Translations under genes and position numbers: made by a program
IMG/VR virus record: IMGVR_UViG_3300042197_002147
Span: 1-64,000 of that record
Strand: one strand, 5' to 3'
DNA length: 64,000 nucleotides
Source: a virus
Part shown: one piece after another, positions 19,128-29,309 of the stretch
How the letters are laid out: each line of letters opens with the position of its first letter
Position numbering within the stretch: the stretch's first letter is position 1
Notes under the pieces: model-generated
Database searches by the model: none
What the model was told of the DNA's origin: nothing
The model's input: the letters and a program-made list of their open reading frames with translations, nothing else

Positions 19128-19772
19128 ATGCCAACACCATTTACAAATTTACCACTAAAAACCAGACCATATTATAGTAGAGTTTCTACTACAACATTTA
19201 ATTATCCATTAATTGCATATACTCCAGGCTATGCGCTACAGGCATCTGAGTTAAATGAAATTCAAGAAACTTTTTATTTGCAACAAACTCTTTCAAATGA
19301 ACTTTTACAAAATTGGCCATTAACCGGAACAACTGGTGTTGTTGGTGCTTCTTTGAGGTTTCCAATGTGGTCTGGTGCTGTTCCCCTTTTACCATCACAA
19401 GTAACTTATGTTTCTGGAACAGTTACAGTAAATTCTGGTTGGTATTTGGTGACACTCCCATCTAACAATTTAAAAATTTGGTTGTATAAACCTGATAATA
19501 ATACTGCAAATATATCCGCAGGAAGTTCCGTTGGTTTAGTAATAACTACTTCATTTATACCTTGTAGTCCAGTTTCTGGTACTGAGGGATATGCATTTAA
19601 CGATAACTCAAATGGATCAATAAATGATAATTCTTGTGGAGCCCATAGATACAAAATAGAAATAAGTAATACCTTACAAATAAGTACAAATCCAACATAC
19701 CCAATAGCAAGAGCAATAACTAGTGGTACTACAACTGTTGTAGAATACCTAAATAATCTTAAAATAGGATAA
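19128..19772 (+). CDS. Short VrlC/DUF4815-like baseplate-associated protein
   Basis: PYY...Y..I.YTPGYALQASELNEIQ, GWY.V, DN..G..N....GA.RYKI motifs of the VrlC N-terminal region; only 214 aa. Confidence 0.7.
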   Translation: MPTPFTNLPLKTRPYYSRVSTTTFNYPLIAYTPGYALQASELNEIQETFYLQQTLSNELLQNWPLTGTTGVVGASLRFPMWSGAVPLLPSQVTYVSGTVTVNSGWYLVTLPSNNLKIWLYKPDNNTANISAGSSVGLVITTSFIPCSPVSGTEGYAFNDNSNGSINDNSCGAHRYKIEISNTLQISTNPTYPIARAITSGTTTVVEYLNNLKIG

Positions 19773-19779
19773 TATCCAA

Positions 19780-22038
19780 ATGTCTGTATCAAATAACACA
19801 TACCAAATACCAACACTGCAAGCAAATACTACTTTTTATGATTGGTATATAAAAGAAAACAATGAAATTATTGCAAAACTAAATCTTTTGCAACTATATG
19901 GAGCAACTAGCGGTGATGGTATATTAGCATCCACTAATTCCAGTGGGTTATTAACTCTTTCTATTGGTGGCACATCTGGAATTGTTCAATCTGGTTTGAC
20001 ATTTAATGGTTCTGTAACATTTAATAATTTAGTAAATTTGCCAAACTTAAGTTACAAAATAACTGGATTAACTTCCGGTACTCCCGGTATAAGTTTTGGA
20101 ATGCCATTAAGAATTACTACAACTGGATACACAGCAGGAAAAGCAGATAGTCAAGTAAATGCAGAAACCATAGGAATAGTTTCTAACTTAGATTCTACTG
20201 GAATATATTTAACTGTTTTGGGTAAAGTTGATGGTGACTTTGGACCTGTTAATTCTGGAAGTACGCTTTCCGCTGGTTGTTTTTACTTTCTTTCGCCTAG
20301 TGTTACTGGTGGTATTTCTGTAACAGAACCAAATATTTCTGGTCAAGTTTCTAAACCAATTTTACTAGGGTTGGGTGCAACCTCTGCAATGGTTTTGCCG
20401 TATAGAGGTAATTTCTTGACAAGTTCTGGATCTTCTGGTGGAACAGCAGCAAACAGAATTTATGTTTTAATTCCCGGAGGTGTCGCCAGTGGTCAATTTA
20501 CTGTTGGAAACGCAATATCGTATAATACATTTATACAAGAATCGGTATTAGAAGATTCTAGTTCCAATAGAGATTGGGTAAATGGTTGGTTTTTGAGCAA
20601 ATCTTCTTCTTCTGGTGTTTTAGCAAATGAAGAAAATTTTGTAATTGGAGTCATATCAAGCGCAAGTTCTATTGGTGCTGACACATTAATTGAAATTGCA
20701 ACAGGAGGTGAAATACCTCTTTCGCAAGCACTTGGAACCTATTATTTGAAAAATGATTTTGATGCAGACACAGATACCAGCAATTTATACTTAAGCAGTT
20801 CGGATTATTCTGGCAAAATAATGGGATTCCAAGTTGCTCCAGATAAATTTGTTGTTGTAAATAATCCCAAAAAATCAACTGGTGGTTTTGGTTTTGCAAG
20901 TTTAATCGGTTCTACTGGAAGCTCCATTCAAAATGAAAATCTTTTAATAAATGGAGATTTTGCAATATGGCAAAGACCAGACACTGGAAGAGATACACAA
21001 AATACGGAAATAGGAGATTTGGTATTTGCTGATATGTGGAGAAGACATGACGGTGTTTCTGGAGCAACAGCAAATAAATCATATTATATTCAAAGACAGA
21101 CATTTGCAGATATACAATCTGAAGTTGAAGGTGATCCAAAATATTATATTGATGTAAAAGCGTTAGGACTCAGTGGTGGAACTGGTGCAACATATGGTTT
21201 TGGCACAGATTACCTAACAGTTGGGCATGTTGTTCCTGACGCAAAGAGTTTTGATTCACAACAAATAACATTTACCTTTTACGCCAAATCTTCTCTTGGT
21301 GGTTATGCAATATCATCTTACATTGCAAGATATAACGGAACAAATTTGATTGACTATAATGAAATAGAAGAACATGGTTTAAATACTTCTTGGACAAAAT
21401 ATTCAGTTCAATACACAGTTCCAACTTTACCAAATCCAGGATCACCAATTGAAAATGATTATTTTGAAATTGGATTTAATTTCAAACCACTAATAAATGA
21501 AGCAAATGAAAGTGCTTTGTCACTAGGAACATCTTTATATATTAGTATTGCATCTGTGTGTTTATATCTTGGTGCAATAAATCAACCATATCATTATCAT
21601 GGTTCTATACAAAGTAGAATAAATCATTGTAGAAAGTTCTACTATTCAACTTATGCCCTAAATCAAACTGAAGGTCAAGTAACAATGATTAATAGAGAAG
21701 AACCAACATATAATGTTCCTTCTCACATATTACTACCAAATGGTCTTTGTAATTTCATACAATGGCCTTTTGAATTAAGAACTACACCAACAGTTACAAT
21801 TTATTCTCCAAAAACAGGAACGGAAAATGATGCGTATAACAGATCCTCTGGAAGAGATTTAAGAAATAGTTCTGGAACTATAGGTTATGGCTCGCAAAAC
21901 AGAGTTGCAATTTTAGGTGTTGACACTGTATTGAAAGATGCAACAAAAGATGGTCTAAAACTTTGTATTTCCGGTGGAGCAGTAAATTATGACAATGTAT
22001 TTTATCACATAGTCGCAGATGCGGATTATCCAATATAA
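19780..22038 (+). CDS. Tail fibre/baseplate attachment protein with a C-terminal carbohydrate-binding-like domain
   Basis: N-terminal TTFYDW...N..I (fibre-anchor-like); NLLINGDFAIWQR...ADMW...C.KFY domain common in phage fibres. Confidence 0.65.
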   Translation: MSVSNNTYQIPTLQANTTFYDWYIKENNEIIAKLNLLQLYGATSGDGILASTNSSGLLTLSIGGTSGIVQSGLTFNGSVTFNNLVNLPNLSYKITGLTSGTPGISFGMPLRITTTGYTAGKADSQVNAETIGIVSNLDSTGIYLTVLGKVDGDFGPVNSGSTLSAGCFYFLSPSVTGGISVTEPNISGQVSKPILLGLGATSAMVLPYRGNFLTSSGSSGGTAANRIYVLIPGGVASGQFTVGNAISYNTFIQESVLEDSSSNRDWVNGWFLSKSSSSGVLANEENFVIGVISSASSIGADTLIEIATGGEIPLSQALGTYYLKNDFDADTDTSNLYLSSSDYSGKIMGFQVAPDKFVVVNNPKKSTGGFGFASLIGSTGSSIQNENLLINGDFAIWQRPDTGRDTQNTEIGDLVFADMWRRHDGVSGATANKSYYIQRQTFADIQSEVEGDPKYYIDVKALGLSGGTGATYGFGTDYLTVGHVVPDAKSFDSQQITFTFYAKSSLGGYAISSYIARYNGTNLIDYNEIEEHGLNTSWTKYSVQYTVPTLPNPGSPIENDYFEIGFNFKPLINEANESALSLGTSLYISIASVCLYLGAINQPYHYHGSIQSRINHCRKFYYSTYALNQTEGQVTMINREEPTYNVPSHILLPNGLCNFIQWPFELRTTPTVTIYSPKTGTENDAYNRSSGRDLRNSSGTIGYGSQNRVAILGVDTVLKDATKDGLKLCISGGAVNYDNVFYHIVADADYPI

Positions 22039-22048
22039 GAGGTAAACT

Positions 22049-23218
22049 ATGACTTGTTCAAGTAGCAGTAATATAAGATCAACACAAACACTAGTATCCA
22101 TCACGCAAGGTGGTTCTAGACTAACAGCTGTTATTCCAGATGGATCGTACAGTTCAGGTATAACTGGGGGGGATGTAATTTATTGGAATCCTCTTGGTGG
22201 GGGTGGTGGGTTGTATGAAAAGTCAAATGCCAGCACTTCTGCTAGTGCTGAAGTTTTTGGAGTAGTAGAAAATGTAACTCAAACTGGTGTAAGTTCATAT
22301 TCCTTAAATGTTGTTTTATACGGATCAATAATATTACCTTCGTCTGCAATTTATACAATAGCAGGAGCAACAGGTGGTGCTGGTGGTGCAGATGTATATT
22401 TCTTAAGCGGTATAAGCGCAGGAAAAATACAAGTAGAAGCACCATCAACAATTGGTCATGTAATAAAACCAGTTTATCAAGTTGCTCCACACGGATCATA
22501 TACTGGAACAGTTGTAAATTACATTGGCTATAGATTAGGCGGCGAAATAGAAGCATTTACAGATCCTGCCGAAAATTTGACTGGAACTGTTTCCTTTTTG
22601 GTAAACTTAGCAGATACAGTAAATCCAGTAATACCAGCAAATTATGTTGATGCAAGAATATCACATGAATTATTAGTCTCGATTCATCCAAGTTTCTATA
22701 ACAAGTATGGAAAGCAGTTTGGTTTTGTTGAAGAAATTACATTAAAACCGGGATATTTGGCAGATGCATCTAAAATAGGAAAAGTTACTGTTACAAGAAC
22801 ATCCGATTCAACTCTTTCTTCTGGAAGTATTTTAGCAACAGCAAACGATAACAAATATTACATCAGATGGCCAGGAACGGCATCAACAACAACAAGTTCG
22901 CAAAAACTTAAAATTTCTGACACATTTTTGGAAGTTCAATCTTCTAGCGTATATTCAGTGTTTACTCCAAAAATAAATACAATAGCAAACTTTAGTATTT
23001 TTGATGTCAATGGAAATAATATAAGTGCAGATTTAGTTCCAATAATGAAATTAAATCCAGAAGAATTATCAGTAAACATACCACAAAATGTAGTCATTTC
23101 AGAAGCAACAATACAAACTATAAAATTAGGAACTGAGTCTAGTAATGACAATGTTGGTACAGTATTGACTGATTTGGAAAACAGATTATCTGCCGTAGAA
23201 GCAAGATTGTTAATGTAA
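22049..23218 (+). CDS. Putative fibre/structural protein
   Basis: 389 aa; AEV.GVV...YFLS....G.I....P...G.V.KP segment paralogous to part of the preceding gene; C-terminal coiled coil LTDLENRLSAVEARL. Confidence 0.6.
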   Translation: MTCSSSSNIRSTQTLVSITQGGSRLTAVIPDGSYSSGITGGDVIYWNPLGGGGGLYEKSNASTSASAEVFGVVENVTQTGVSSYSLNVVLYGSIILPSSAIYTIAGATGGAGGADVYFLSGISAGKIQVEAPSTIGHVIKPVYQVAPHGSYTGTVVNYIGYRLGGEIEAFTDPAENLTGTVSFLVNLADTVNPVIPANYVDARISHELLVSIHPSFYNKYGKQFGFVEEITLKPGYLADASKIGKVTVTRTSDSTLSSGSILATANDNKYYIRWPGTASTTTSSQKLKISDTFLEVQSSSVYSVFTPKINTIANFSIFDVNGNNISADLVPIMKLNPEELSVNIPQNVVISEATIQTIKLGTESSNDNVGTVLTDLENRLSAVEARLLM

Positions 23219-23219
23219 A

Positions 23220-26084
23220 ATGGCAAAATTTATATACGGAAGTAGCAATATACCGATAAACAATGTACCTACAACGATAGGTATAACTGGTCCTACTGGA
23301 CCTGCTGGTATAACTGGCCCAGAGGGTCCGGTTGGACCAGTCAGACCCGGTCCAACCGGAGACACTGGTCCTTCTCTCGTAAATATAGTAAAAAATTCTC
23401 AAAACTTTTTTGAACATTATTTTGATAATGGACAAATAGTAAATAGTCCTTCTAAAATAGTAGGACCCAATGGACCTTCCTATCTCAATATTCAGGGTGT
23501 AAGTTTAGATACATTCAATGTATTGACAGCAGATCTTGATAATTATTCATATAAAAAATTAACAGAAACATTTACAATTGATGCAGTCGGTTTTAGAAAC
23601 ATAACAACAAATAGTTCACCATATATCACAATAACAAGTGAAGATGATGAAACAATAGAAATTAATTATAATTTAATAGGTCTATCTTTTCTCGGAATAA
23701 GTGGTGGTTCCGATGGTCAATTGTTAAAAAATACAATAGGAAACTTTCAATCTGGTGAAACAGGAACAAATTACAACGAACAATTAAGAACTATCGACGC
23801 CAGAACTAGTAATATAGTTCAAAGATTTTTAAAGGTCAATTTCTTGCAGGCTGCATCTGGTGCTGTTCGATATTGGAATATAGACCCATCATTAGGTAAT
23901 TCTTTTTACTTAAGTCCCGTTGATTTGTCAACTGGTACAATATACTTTTTAGTCCTTAAAAAACCAGATAATGTTAATAGTTCAAAATCTATTACTGTTA
24001 TAGTTCCATCGGCCGGAATGACTCCAACAAAACAAATTCAATATGTCACTGTAAATGAACTCGGAGAAATAACAGATTGGTCTTTGAGGAATGTAAGTCC
24101 TATTTCTTGGTCATTGAATCAAGCACCATGTATTCCAAAAACTGGTTTTACTATTTTAAATTTTACTTCTATTGGTGGTGTTTGGTATGGAAATGTAATT
24201 GGTCATGCACAAACTAGTGTTTCTTCTGTTGCAACTTCTTTTGATAATTCAAATAGTACAGATAGATCAAACATATACCACTGTAATCCTACATCAATAT
24301 ATCAACAAGGTTCTTCAGATGAACCTGCACTGTTATTCGGAACAAATACAGGAATAACTGCTGGCCTTTGCTGCGATTCAACATGCACACCATCTGAAAA
24401 TTTGAATATTTTCTGTAATGGTTATTTTATACCAGGCGTTACATCTGGAGGTTCTACATTTTGTGATGCATTGGGTGCTTGTTGCTTGAAAAGTTCAAAT
24501 GGAAAAGTTTTACCTTGTCAGAAGTTAAAATACTGTGAGTGTGCTTCGATAGCAGAAAACACAAATTTAGAATTTTCTTGGAATAAATTTAAAAATGCAA
24601 AAGAATCTTGCTTAGATTTTGATTGTGCAAACGCATTTGAAGACATTGGTGCATGTTGCGATGGTTCTGGAAATTGTTCAGAAATAACATATACAGATTG
24701 TGTTGCAAGACATGGATTTTTTCAAGGATATGGTATCAAATGTGTTACTTCTAAAAATATTCAAATATGCTATGGTGGTACGGGTGGATGCTGTGATTCT
24801 GGCATAACTTGCGAAAACAATGTTTATGGACCAAATTGCATATCATCAAAGAAAACATTCTTGGGAGATGGAACAAATTGCATTGATTATGATTGTCAAA
24901 TAAAAAGCATTCCTTGTTATGATATTATACCAAACGAAATTTTAAAATTTGGTGATTTGTATAGCAATGCCATGGTTTGTGGTATATTCAATCCAAATAA
25001 AGCAGAGTGTTTTGGTAATACAATTTTTGGTTCAAATCAATCACTAACATTTGATGATTTAGTAGAATCTGAAGCAGAAGTAAACTGTATGGATTATGCT
25101 TCAGTTTATGATTATGTTGGATATGGTTTTACTGGTCAAAATGCCTGCGATAATAACTCGGATTCTTATATTATACTTCTTTCTTTACATCCAGTCACTG
25201 TGGATGAAAACAATAATATAGTTTCTTATAGTGGAAATAGCAAAAATTATACAGACTTTACATGGAGTCACGGTGGAAATTACTGGGGTCCTTTGTTGAA
25301 TCCATTTAGTGGTGTTATTTCAGAGATGTCTGATGATAAATTAGTTTATAAAGAGGGTTATATTTACGATTACACCAACGAAAATACAAAAATTAATTTA
25401 ACTATAAACTCATTTATTGATTGTGGATTTGTAAGAAAATCTGATAATCCACAAAGTTGGTTACAAAGCAATCCAAATAGTTCGTTCAATGGAAAATGGT
25501 TTAGAAATTATGGTTTAATTAACTCTATTAGAATGGTCAATGCCGAATATGCATATTACTTAGGACTCACCGGAGAGAATTTTACAACATCGACTTATAC
25601 ACCAACTCAAAGTAGTTCTCAAATGACTGCTGGGCGTGCAATTTCCCTGTTCAATAAAAATTATGAAGAAAATAATGATTTTATTTCTGATTGGTATTTA
25701 CCAAGTTATGATGAATTGGCATATTTAGCAAAAAATTGCTTAATGGATGCGGAAAATAATATTAATTCAAAACTTCTACAAAATGGCGGCACACCTTTAG
25801 ATGGATGGCATTGGTCTTCAACTGGAACATTTAATTCACAAGAAAATGAATATATTTTAAATCATCCAAGTGGTTTAACACATGGAACAATGGCATGGGC
25901 AATACAATTTGATTCGGATGGAAATTCAGAAAAATTCAAGACGAAAAAAGCAAATAGAACAGAAAATAAATATAAAGTAAGGCCAATTAAATTGATAAGA
26001 TGTGATAAAAAATATCATGCAAACAATTCATCCAATAATAAATATTGGAGATTGATAAACTTGAACGAGAACGCAATAACATGA
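23220..26084 (+). CDS. Collagen-like, cysteine-repeat fibre protein with a DUF1566/Lcl-like C-terminus
   Basis: Gly-X-Y N-terminus; GLCC, GACC, GACC, GGCC repeats; DWYLPSYDEL...WHWSST...AWAIQF...VRPIK. Confidence 0.7.
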   Translation: MAKFIYGSSNIPINNVPTTIGITGPTGPAGITGPEGPVGPVRPGPTGDTGPSLVNIVKNSQNFFEHYFDNGQIVNSPSKIVGPNGPSYLNIQGVSLDTFNVLTADLDNYSYKKLTETFTIDAVGFRNITTNSSPYITITSEDDETIEINYNLIGLSFLGISGGSDGQLLKNTIGNFQSGETGTNYNEQLRTIDARTSNIVQRFLKVNFLQAASGAVRYWNIDPSLGNSFYLSPVDLSTGTIYFLVLKKPDNVNSSKSITVIVPSAGMTPTKQIQYVTVNELGEITDWSLRNVSPISWSLNQAPCIPKTGFTILNFTSIGGVWYGNVIGHAQTSVSSVATSFDNSNSTDRSNIYHCNPTSIYQQGSSDEPALLFGTNTGITAGLCCDSTCTPSENLNIFCNGYFIPGVTSGGSTFCDALGACCLKSSNGKVLPCQKLKYCECASIAENTNLEFSWNKFKNAKESCLDFDCANAFEDIGACCDGSGNCSEITYTDCVARHGFFQGYGIKCVTSKNIQICYGGTGGCCDSGITCENNVYGPNCISSKKTFLGDGTNCIDYDCQIKSIPCYDIIPNEILKFGDLYSNAMVCGIFNPNKAECFGNTIFGSNQSLTFDDLVESEAEVNCMDYASVYDYVGYGFTGQNACDNNSDSYIILLSLHPVTVDENNNIVSYSGNSKNYTDFTWSHGGNYWGPLLNPFSGVISEMSDDKLVYKEGYIYDYTNENTKINLTINSFIDCGFVRKSDNPQSWLQSNPNSSFNGKWFRNYGLINSIRMVNAEYAYYLGLTGENFTTSTYTPTQSSSQMTAGRAISLFNKNYEENNDFISDWYLPSYDELAYLAKNCLMDAENNINSKLLQNGGTPLDGWHWSSTGTFNSQENEYILNHPSGLTHGTMAWAIQFDSDGNSEKFKTKKANRTENKYKVRPIKLIRCDKKYHANNSSNNKYWRLINLNENAIT

Positions 26085-29000
26085 TTCAAAATTACGGTAG
26101 TTCAAATATTATTTTAGGTTACTCTGGCGTTACTGGATTTACTGGTCCAACAGGTCCTACTGGGCCCACCGGACCTACTGGTGCGACTGGAGCAACCGGA
26201 TATGGTATTACTGGATCTACCGGATTTGGCATTACTGGCGGAACATATTCCTCGCCAGGATCTGTTATTTTTTATATCGGAAATACTGGTAGCGTTACAA
26301 TAGGAATTACTGGTCCAGTTGGTTCTAATTTTAACGATACATTTGTTGTTTTGATAGGACCGACTCTTTCTTCTTCCGGTTCTACTCTGTTTTCTCCATT
26401 CTACACAACAGATCCGTTAGAAAAAATTACAAACAAAATAGAAATTGGTTATGGAGAAGATTTAAATGTAAAAAGTTTAGATTTTGTTTCTCTAAATGGT
26501 GAAATATTATCAGTAACAGAAAATACAAATCAAATAATTGTAGCTGGTAAAACATTTAGTACATTTCCAATGGGAAACACTGGTGAACTTCTTTATATCA
26601 AAAATGGAGTCGCAGTTGGTGCAAGAGAAACTAAATGGGATAATGCCACAAATCAATTAATTGTTTCCTTTGATACTTTTAGACAATCAATAGAAGGAAA
26701 CACCGGAAACATTTGGACTCCAATTTCTGGTGTTTGCTTTAATACTACTTCACTATTTACACAATTAGTGACATCTGGTGGGTTTACTTATGGTAAATCA
26801 CAGATAATAGAAAATTGGGATGATAGTAATTCTTTCAAATCAAATAATGGAATTTATAATATTACAAATTCCACATTCAATATACAGCAAAAGTATTTCT
26901 TCGGGCAAAGCGGAGGAACAGATTTACAATTATTGCCCAGAACAATTACATTTACAAAAGGATCAAACCAATTTCTTCCCCAAATTTTTACTGAAGACAA
27001 ACTAGGATCTTGTTGTTTTTGCAGAAGTGGTTCTTCGGATAAAGAATGCTTAGATTATGTTTCCAGAGATTATTGCATAAGCATCGGTGGTCAGTTTGGA
27101 GTAAAGGCATGCGTCGAGCGTCTTGGAACATCCGACTGTTTTCCAGAAGGTGCTTGTTGTGTAAACGGAAAGTGCGTAAATTCAGATGTAGATGCATGTG
27201 TAAAATATGGTGGAGTATTTTTTCCGGGAGAAATTTGTTCTACAACAATTATTGAAGGAGAACCAGCATTTGTATGTCCGAATGCTTGTTCTTTTGGAAT
27301 AGGTTCATGTTGCTATAAAGGAAACTGTTTAGATTTAAACGAATCAGAGTGCAAAGCAATACCAAATACTGTCTTTGTTCGTGGAAAAAGATGTAACGAA
27401 TTGCCAAAAGTTACGGGAGAACCACCAGATACAACAGAATATGATTATTGTTGCAGAGTTTCTAGTTTTTATGGTCCTTGCTGCACATATACTTCTGGAA
27501 ATGGTGATTCAAATTCAACATGCATTCCAAACCTGTCTCCGAAAGATTGCATAGACAGAGATGGAATTTTTATGGGTTTCGGGAAATCGTGTGATGAAAT
27601 CAATTGCTGCGGAGTTTCATATTCTCCAGAATATTATAGAGAATCTTCTACTTGCAGAAAAACATCAAACGATCCTTGCAGTCCTACCGGAACTAGAATT
27701 GGTGGTGGTTATTTAGTTGCAATAATTGGTTCTCCAAATTCATGCACAACTTTCTCACAACCACAATTTGGAAAAGGAGAACCGCTTGAGTGTCTTTGTA
27801 ATCCTAGAGGTGAGGTGTTCGGGGAAGGAAGAGAAACATGGAAGTTTAAAAATTGCCTAGATTATTCTGCAAATACTGCATATATCGACTACTATGATCG
27901 ACCTTTGTTTGTAAGAACTCACCCAAGAATTCCAACAATAAAAATGTATGCAAATAAGTGCTTACTGAAGGCAGGAGCACCATACATAACCCAACTAAAT
28001 GACGGAGCATATAGTCTTCAGGATGGAAGTCAAAAAAATACAAATGGTGGAAGTCTTCCAGAATTTACTTGGCCAGACGCAAAATTCTTTGAGGGTTCTG
28101 AAACTTATGATCAAACAATTTTTCCATCATTTGATAATCAAACTTGCAATATAATGGTAGAAGCAATTGGTTTGGGTACACCACCATCAACTCTTTACAA
28201 ATATCTTGCAGAAAAATTCTATGGCGCAAATGCAATTCATATAGTATGGGCTCTTATAATGGCGCCAAGAGATTTGACTGTAAATTATACTGGCGTTACT
28301 TATGATTATATGAAATGGTCGAACATGGTTGAATCTAGAGTTGGACCTGGTTCAGAATCAAATTCTCCTAATTTCTTCTTAGAACCAATAGCAACATCAC
28401 CAGTAGATGGATTGTTAAATACTAGACTTCACGATGCCCATTCAAAATCAAAACCAGAATTCTGGTTTAGGGATTATGACAATGATGGAATAGATTCTAG
28501 AGCATATGACAGATTTGTTACCCAAAATATAAATCAATGGGATTTGGTCGAAAACGCAGATGAACAAAAAATAAAAACAGATAAACAAGAATTTGAATAT
28601 TATTATTCCCAACTATGGGAAAAATTAAACCCAGAAAATACTGCAATAAGACAGATATCAAAGGCAAATGAAACTAATTTTTATGGATATGATGATTGGT
28701 ATATTCCAAGTGCTCTAGAGATGTATTATATTTCAAACTATGTTGATGAATTAAACACATCTATTTTGACAAATGGTGATGATGATCATCAGATTTTACA
28801 ATATACAACTTATCCAAACACTTCAGGACCAACCCCAGGCGCGCCCGGACAAACTCGTAGCGTATACTGGACATCAACTAGTGTTTGTAGAATAAATGCA
28901 TGGAATAAAAATAACCACACAATAAAAGATTTTTATCAAATAGAATCAACAAATACATCTTTAAATGTTAAATCTAGATATAAATCTGGTGAATTTGGTC

Positions 29001-29308
29001 TAAGCGATTCTGATGCTTTTGATTTGTCACACCAGATATGCAATGGTCAAAAAATGTTAGGTGTAGATTTATCTAGAACTGGAATGGGAAGATGGGGGTT
29101 CACCCGCGCCTACGACAGACAAACACAATGTAGAGTAAGACCTGTTAGAAGAATACCAATTGTAGTAGGTTGCTCTAATTTGGAAATAATAAATGCCTAT
29201 GAAGATTATGATTTTAAGGAATGTCCTTCTTGTTTTGATTATGATAATTGTAATTCCGATATAAATAACAACGGTAACAACGGACCAACTCCGGGTACTA
29301 TGAGTTAA
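26081..29308 (+). CDS. Collagen-like, cysteine-repeat fibre protein with a DUF1566/Lcl-like C-terminus
   Basis: Start at ATG 26081 (ATGA overlap with previous stop); GPTGPTGATG; GSCC, GACC, GSCC, GPCC; GYDDWYIPSALE...YWTSTS...VRPVRR. Confidence 0.7.
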   Translation: MIQNYGSSNIILGYSGVTGFTGPTGPTGPTGPTGATGATGYGITGSTGFGITGGTYSSPGSVIFYIGNTGSVTIGITGPVGSNFNDTFVVLIGPTLSSSGSTLFSPFYTTDPLEKITNKIEIGYGEDLNVKSLDFVSLNGEILSVTENTNQIIVAGKTFSTFPMGNTGELLYIKNGVAVGARETKWDNATNQLIVSFDTFRQSIEGNTGNIWTPISGVCFNTTSLFTQLVTSGGFTYGKSQIIENWDDSNSFKSNNGIYNITNSTFNIQQKYFFGQSGGTDLQLLPRTITFTKGSNQFLPQIFTEDKLGSCCFCRSGSSDKECLDYVSRDYCISIGGQFGVKACVERLGTSDCFPEGACCVNGKCVNSDVDACVKYGGVFFPGEICSTTIIEGEPAFVCPNACSFGIGSCCYKGNCLDLNESECKAIPNTVFVRGKRCNELPKVTGEPPDTTEYDYCCRVSSFYGPCCTYTSGNGDSNSTCIPNLSPKDCIDRDGIFMGFGKSCDEINCCGVSYSPEYYRESSTCRKTSNDPCSPTGTRIGGGYLVAIIGSPNSCTTFSQPQFGKGEPLECLCNPRGEVFGEGRETWKFKNCLDYSANTAYIDYYDRPLFVRTHPRIPTIKMYANKCLLKAGAPYITQLNDGAYSLQDGSQKNTNGGSLPEFTWPDAKFFEGSETYDQTIFPSFDNQTCNIMVEAIGLGTPPSTLYKYLAEKFYGANAIHIVWALIMAPRDLTVNYTGVTYDYMKWSNMVESRVGPGSESNSPNFFLEPIATSPVDGLLNTRLHDAHSKSKPEFWFRDYDNDGIDSRAYDRFVTQNINQWDLVENADEQKIKTDKQEFEYYYSQLWEKLNPENTAIRQISKANETNFYGYDDWYIPSALEMYYISNYVDELNTSILTNGDDDHQILQYTTYPNTSGPTPGAPGQTRSVYWTSTSVCRINAWNKNNHTIKDFYQIESTNTSLNVKSRYKSGEFGLSDSDAFDLSHQICNGQKMLGVDLSRTGMGRWGFTRAYDRQTQCRVRPVRRIPIVVGCSNLEIINAYEDYDFKECPSCFDYDNCNSDINNNGNNGPTPGTMS

Positions 29309-29309
29309 A

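Noticed and set aside
26045-26080. ORF-track upstream starts at 26045 (also 46763, 53216 and 53946)
   Set aside because: Downstream starts at 26081, 46781, 53222 and 53970 fit RBS position, stop/start coupling or paralogue N-termini better
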